This document shows, piece by piece, positions 59,915 to 64,000 of a stretch of 64,000 nt of DNA. This stretch comes from Neophaeotheca triangularis. Taxonomy: Eukaryota. The stretch is from the NCBI GenBank assembly GCA_054600435.1, contig BAAIJX010000061.1:1-64000 (forward strand), read 5' to 3'. The notes beneath the pieces were generated by a model. It saw nothing but the letters and a program-made list of their open reading frames with translations, did no database searches and was not told where the DNA came from. Position numbers and translations under genes: made by a program. Numbering within the stretch: the stretch's first letter is position 1; the number at the start of each line of letters is the position of its first letter.

Positions 59915-61256
59915 GGGATTCTTGGGGTTCTGGTCATGGGCTGGGGTTTAGATTGCCGTGAGATATGACGGTCGTGGAAACTCGAGATTGTCGGGTCGAA
60001 GCCGGGGTTACGTGAGATTTCTTCGGTGCTTTTTCTGGACTGTGCATGGGGAAGATTCGCCTCTGACCAAAGCCGCGCGAAGTACTCGACACGCCAAGTC
60101 CACCTATCGCGGGAGCAGATCGTTTTCCGATGACGAAACTGAGGGCTCAGCGAGGTCGAGAAAAGAGGCACCTCAAGCCGCGCAGGCATTCGACCGTGCC
60201 GACCAAGACATGAAGTGCGAATATTCCTGAGCTGGCAAGCTCTGGATGTGAGCCACCATCGCCGACAACGAACCATCCCACGATACAACTAATCGCAAAA
60301 AGCAGCTCGATCCTCACCGCTTCCCCGGGCGAGTTTCTTCAACATTCATGCGTCCTTCCCGCTACCTCACAGCTGCTTACTCGAGACCATCTGCAAGCGC
60401 TCATGACCTCTGCGCGAGAAGCCTCTTAAGCCCGCCGGGATACGAAACCCGTCCCTCAGCTAGCGTGGAAAATCCGCACCTGGGAAAGTCCACTGCATTC
60501 GACACCCGATGCCAGCGGCAGAATGAAGTCCTCCTTTCCCAGCGAGAAATTAGCAGCGCCACTCTTTCCCGCAGTACGGTTCATCGCTTCCCGACGACTT
60601 GCTGCGTTGATGGCTGAGCTGTCGCCCCAGCAGCTTCAAGCGGTTGCACTCGCCGCGATGTCGAACGCCAGTCTTCTGCTGGTGTCGGATCTCTGCTGTG
60701 CTGTGGTTCTGATGCAATTGGTGAATGGACTTACGCATCCGGAAGCGTAGTTTGTCATTTAAACGTTTCTGCAGGGAACTTGAAGACGCTGCAAGAAAGG
60801 GGGTTTTGCAACTAGTAGATTGTTTAATGTATCTAGATACTGTGGATGATTGACCAGAAAATCTGCAGGAATAGATGCGATGTTATTTTCTTCAATATTC
60901 CCTCACCTAAGATTGATTTCATCGCAAAGTGAAGCAACCCGAAGTGCTGATCGGATATCTGGCCATCCATTGGAAGGATCCAACCTTACTAGTAATGGTT
61001 TCAGCACAACTAGCGTCGACGTCAAGTGTGTTGGCCCGAGCGTCGTGTAACAGGTACCCGAACAAAGTCTCAAGTCAGGGACGGGCGGAAGCTGAGGTGA
61101 GCTTGCTGAGGAAAGCTGTCCACCACAACAAACCACCCCAATCGCGTTGCGCCAAAACCCATAACACGCCCTTCGATGCCCCAGCGACTGCGATAGGAAT
61201 CCTACGACTCCAGCGACCCATCGAAGACGCCCTGAGCTGGGCACACTACCGCCGCG

Positions 61257-62272
61257 ATGAATCTTTTTCGTATTCTGGGTGCGTCTTTCCGTCCCCCTTC
61301 GCTCAATGCGTTGGAAAATCAATGAAGAGCTGAAGACTGACTTTGTGTTGTAGGAGACTTGTCCCATCTGGCTTCGATTGTGATTCTGCTTATGAAGATG
61401 AAGAGCTCGAGCGTGCGTATATCGGAGAATCAGAGAGCGGAAAGTTGCATTGGTAAAGAAGGGGGAGCTGACACTAGCCGGATAACAGAGCGCTGCGGGT
61501 ATTTCCTTCAAGTCACAGTTCCTTTACATGCTGGTTTACGTGACGCGATACCTTGGTACGTATGACTTGGAGATGGATGCACATACATCAGCAGAGCGAG
61601 AGGAGGGATGCGGGATCAAAGGTCTGGTATGCTGACGACAAGGGATAGATCTCCTATGGACCAACCCCACTGCCTCTCTCTGGAACACCTCTTTCAAGAT
61701 CATGTTCCTTGCTGCTCAGGCCTATGTTGTCTACCTCATGCTGAACGACTACAAGCCCACACACGATCCCAACCAAGACACGTTTAAGGTGCAGTACTTG
61801 ATAGCTGGCGCAGCGGTCATGGGGATATTATTGCCGTACAAATACAAGCCGACAGAGGTAAGGGGGTCATCATTCGGGCAAAGGATACGCAGTTTCAGCT
61901 GACACTGCACTGCACTAGATGCTCTGGGCTTTCTCCATCTGGCTGGAAGCTGTTGCAATTCTACCACAGCTCTTCATGCTGCAGCGTACGGGCGAGGCTG
62001 AGACTATTACGACGCACTACCTGTTCGCTTTGGGTGCGTACAGGGCTCTCTACATTCCGAACTGGATCTGGCGTTACGCAACGGAGCCAAAGTGGGAGGT
62101 TGATTGGATCCCCATCATCGCCGGTATCATCCAGACGGTGCTTTACTCGGACTTTTTCTGGATTTACTACACCAAGTGAGTGGGGATACATTTGCAAAGA
62201 ACTACAATCGACCAGCGCTAACGACATGTGTACAGGGTCCTTCAAGGGAGAAAGTTCAACCTGCCAGTCTAG
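61257..62272 (+). CDS. ERD2: ER lumen protein-retaining (HDEL) receptor; exons 61257-61278, 61354-61412, 61489-61555, 61649-61857, 61919-62175, 62236-62272
   Basis: [16 protein letters not shown]...[22 protein letters not shown]...[41 protein letters not shown]...QTVLYSDFF...KFNLPV; five canonical introns. Confidence 0.96.
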
Positions 62273-62964
62273 GAAGCTGTCAGCCAGGGCGTCATGCGCA
62301 GACGTGAGACTCAAAGGAAGACGAACCGGGTCGCCCACTTGTATTACACTTAAAGCATAGCCGTGGCGTTGGTTGCTTGGGGGAGTGAGGCTGAAGGGGC
62401 CGCCGCTTTGAAAGCACGCAAAGGAAGGTTCGCTCAAGGATGAGCTGGAGTTGGTAAGGGGGGGAGCTTCAGGAATGTCGTAGGAAAATCAGTATCACCC
62501 TTCAACGTAAACATGTACTTGCCGATGCTTCTGGTATGCGAGCAGTTTCGAATAGCGTCCAGTCGACACTCTAAGCTTTTCCTGGTGTCCCGTTTTGCTG
62601 CAGGTACAGTTCAAGCTGAGGCGTTCTTTCGGAGTGTTTTCCAATGGCATTGATGAAGTAATTACTAGATCGCGGAATAAGGCAAGGTACCTCTTTGTAT
62701 CTCGATCGAGGCGTTAGCGTAGTGCCAAGACCATGAGAGAGAGCTTCTCCAGTTTCGGGCGGCAGCTGCCCGGCGTCGACAGCTTGAAAGACATCATCCT
62801 CCACAATTCGACCCTGTACTTGCACTTTCCATTTACACCTACACCTCCTCCTAACCGCCACCCGCCCCTTCACTCATCACTGCATCTCTTCTTTAGTACT
62901 CCGCCTCTGACCAGGCAATTCAACTTCACCCCTCCCCGTGCAGTCTGCGCAGACCGCCGCCGCT

Positions 62965-64000
62965 ATGTCCGGAGGTGACCTGCAAGAGCTGTTTGCTCGC
63001 CTCCGAGCCCAGTCCTCAGAAACACCACCGGCCGCTTCGCGCTCGTCGCAGGGTCTGCCTGATGCCTCACTATGGGCCACGGGCTCAGTGCCAGCACACT
63101 ACCAACCTCCATCTGTTTCCTCACCTCTCGTCTCGCCACCAGTGCAGACTCCGAACCCCACGCACGCAAGCCACGTCATGAGTCCGAATTCTCAATCCCG
63201 CAATGCTTCCTTTGGTGAAACGCCCAACCCGGAGCACAACCGCACCAACAACCTTCTCAATCTGCTGAAGCAGGGCGGTCAACCTTCTGCGCCTCGAGGT
63301 CCGATGGAGAACCTACAGAATGTTGCGAGTCAAGATATGCCCTCAGAACTTGCGGTACAGCTCCCCAAAATGCATATGCCCTTGTTGCATGCCGTAGTAA
63401 ATGCTTACCCGCTCCCTCAGCGCAACCCGTCGGGTGCTCTTCCGTCACCACTTGCTGGTCCCGGCGCCGAAAAGCGCCAGGACTGGAACAGCGAGCCGTC
63501 TGGCAACACTCAAGACTTTCTTCTTAACCTCCTCAAGAAGCCGAATGCGCCCAAGCCAGCAGCTTCCGAGCACCAGAAGCGCGAGTCCTCTGTGGATAAG
63601 CTCGCCCAAAGCTTCGCGCAGACGTCTGTGCAGCAGCAAGATGTGCCAAGACAGTCGATCGAGCGGTCTTCGCGTGAGCCCACACCAGCTCGTCAGTTCG
63701 GTGAAGCCTCGCGCGGCACTACGCCGTTCGAAGCCCCCAAGTCGAACAACAAGGCTAGCATGTTCACCACCTACGTCAACCCATTCGATCAACTCAACTC
63801 CTCGTCGCCCTTGAATGCCACACCACAGCCTGAGTCGCAGCCGCAGGGCAAGAAGATTGAGATCCTCAAACACAACCGTGACACTTCTGGGAACCAAAGT
63901 GGTGATGGTCCAGCTTCAAAGACCAGGAAGATGGAGTCAGGCAATCCATCGCCGTCTAGATCTACCAAGGAAGAGTCGACCTCAGCAAGGAAGGAGACCG
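62965..64000 (+). CDS. 5' part of a large protein, probably an Edc4/Pdc1-like decapping scaffold (runs off the window)
   Basis: Open frame from MSGGDLQELFARLRAQ with NLLNLLK, DFLLNLLKK and MFTTYVNPFDQL motifs, no stop before the window end. The family call is from recollection only. Confidence 0.6.
   Translation, partial: MSGGDLQELFARLRAQSSETPPAASRSSQGLPDASLWATGSVPAHYQPPSVSSPLVSPPVQTPNPTHASHVMSPNSQSRNASFGETPNPEHNRTNNLLNLLKQGGQPSAPRGPMENLQNVASQDMPSELAVQLPKMHMPLLHAVVNAYPLPQRNPSGALPSPLAGPGAEKRQDWNSEPSGNTQDFLLNLLKKPNAPKPAASEHQKRESSVDKLAQSFAQTSVQQQDVPRQSIERSSREPTPARQFGEASRGTTPFEAPKSNNKASMFTTYVNPFDQLNSSSPLNATPQPESQPQGKKIEILKHNRDTSGNQSGDGPASKTRKMESGNPSPSRSTKEESTSARKET

Overview
Gene-dense 64 kb window of a filamentous ascomycete nuclear genome. 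This is inferred from short GT-AG introns with CTRAC branch points and the Pezizomycotina-type gene set; a Dothideomycete is a guess. I can support about 22 protein-coding genes, mostly housekeeping: Cbf1-like bHLH, Pex4 E2, DUF1640, eIF6, Pumilio/Puf3, SPT small subunit, mitochondrial GGQ release factor, BTB protein, Mss1/MnmE, Suz12, Ypt1/Rab1, WW protein, alpha-tubulin, GH5 exo-glucanase, Cdc123, ferric reductase, LAT permease, formin SepA, Hus1, LRR protein, DUF2011, Erd2, a partial Pdc1/Edc4-like gene and a small membrane protein. Intron boundaries were read by hand. I saw no tRNA, rRNA, CRISPR array or intact transposon. Most notable observations: (1) an apparently gene-free gap hides a TATA-driven, spliced minus-strand unit whose first two ATGs open tiny ORFs, MGRGGYN and MSSQGGNDDGRGGYNSPLQ. 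They share the motif GRGGYN with synonymous codon differences, and the second copy is completed only by splicing, which suggests a polycistronic micropeptide gene. (2) The first intron of YPT1 is a nested 'stwintron' whose donor GTA|AGT is split between nucleotides 3 and 4 by an internal intron. (3) Suz12 carries a C-terminal PHD finger that lacks the aromatic cage. (4) Several splice sites are non-canonical (GC-AG, GAG, AAG). Family assignments rest on motif recognition, not database searches.
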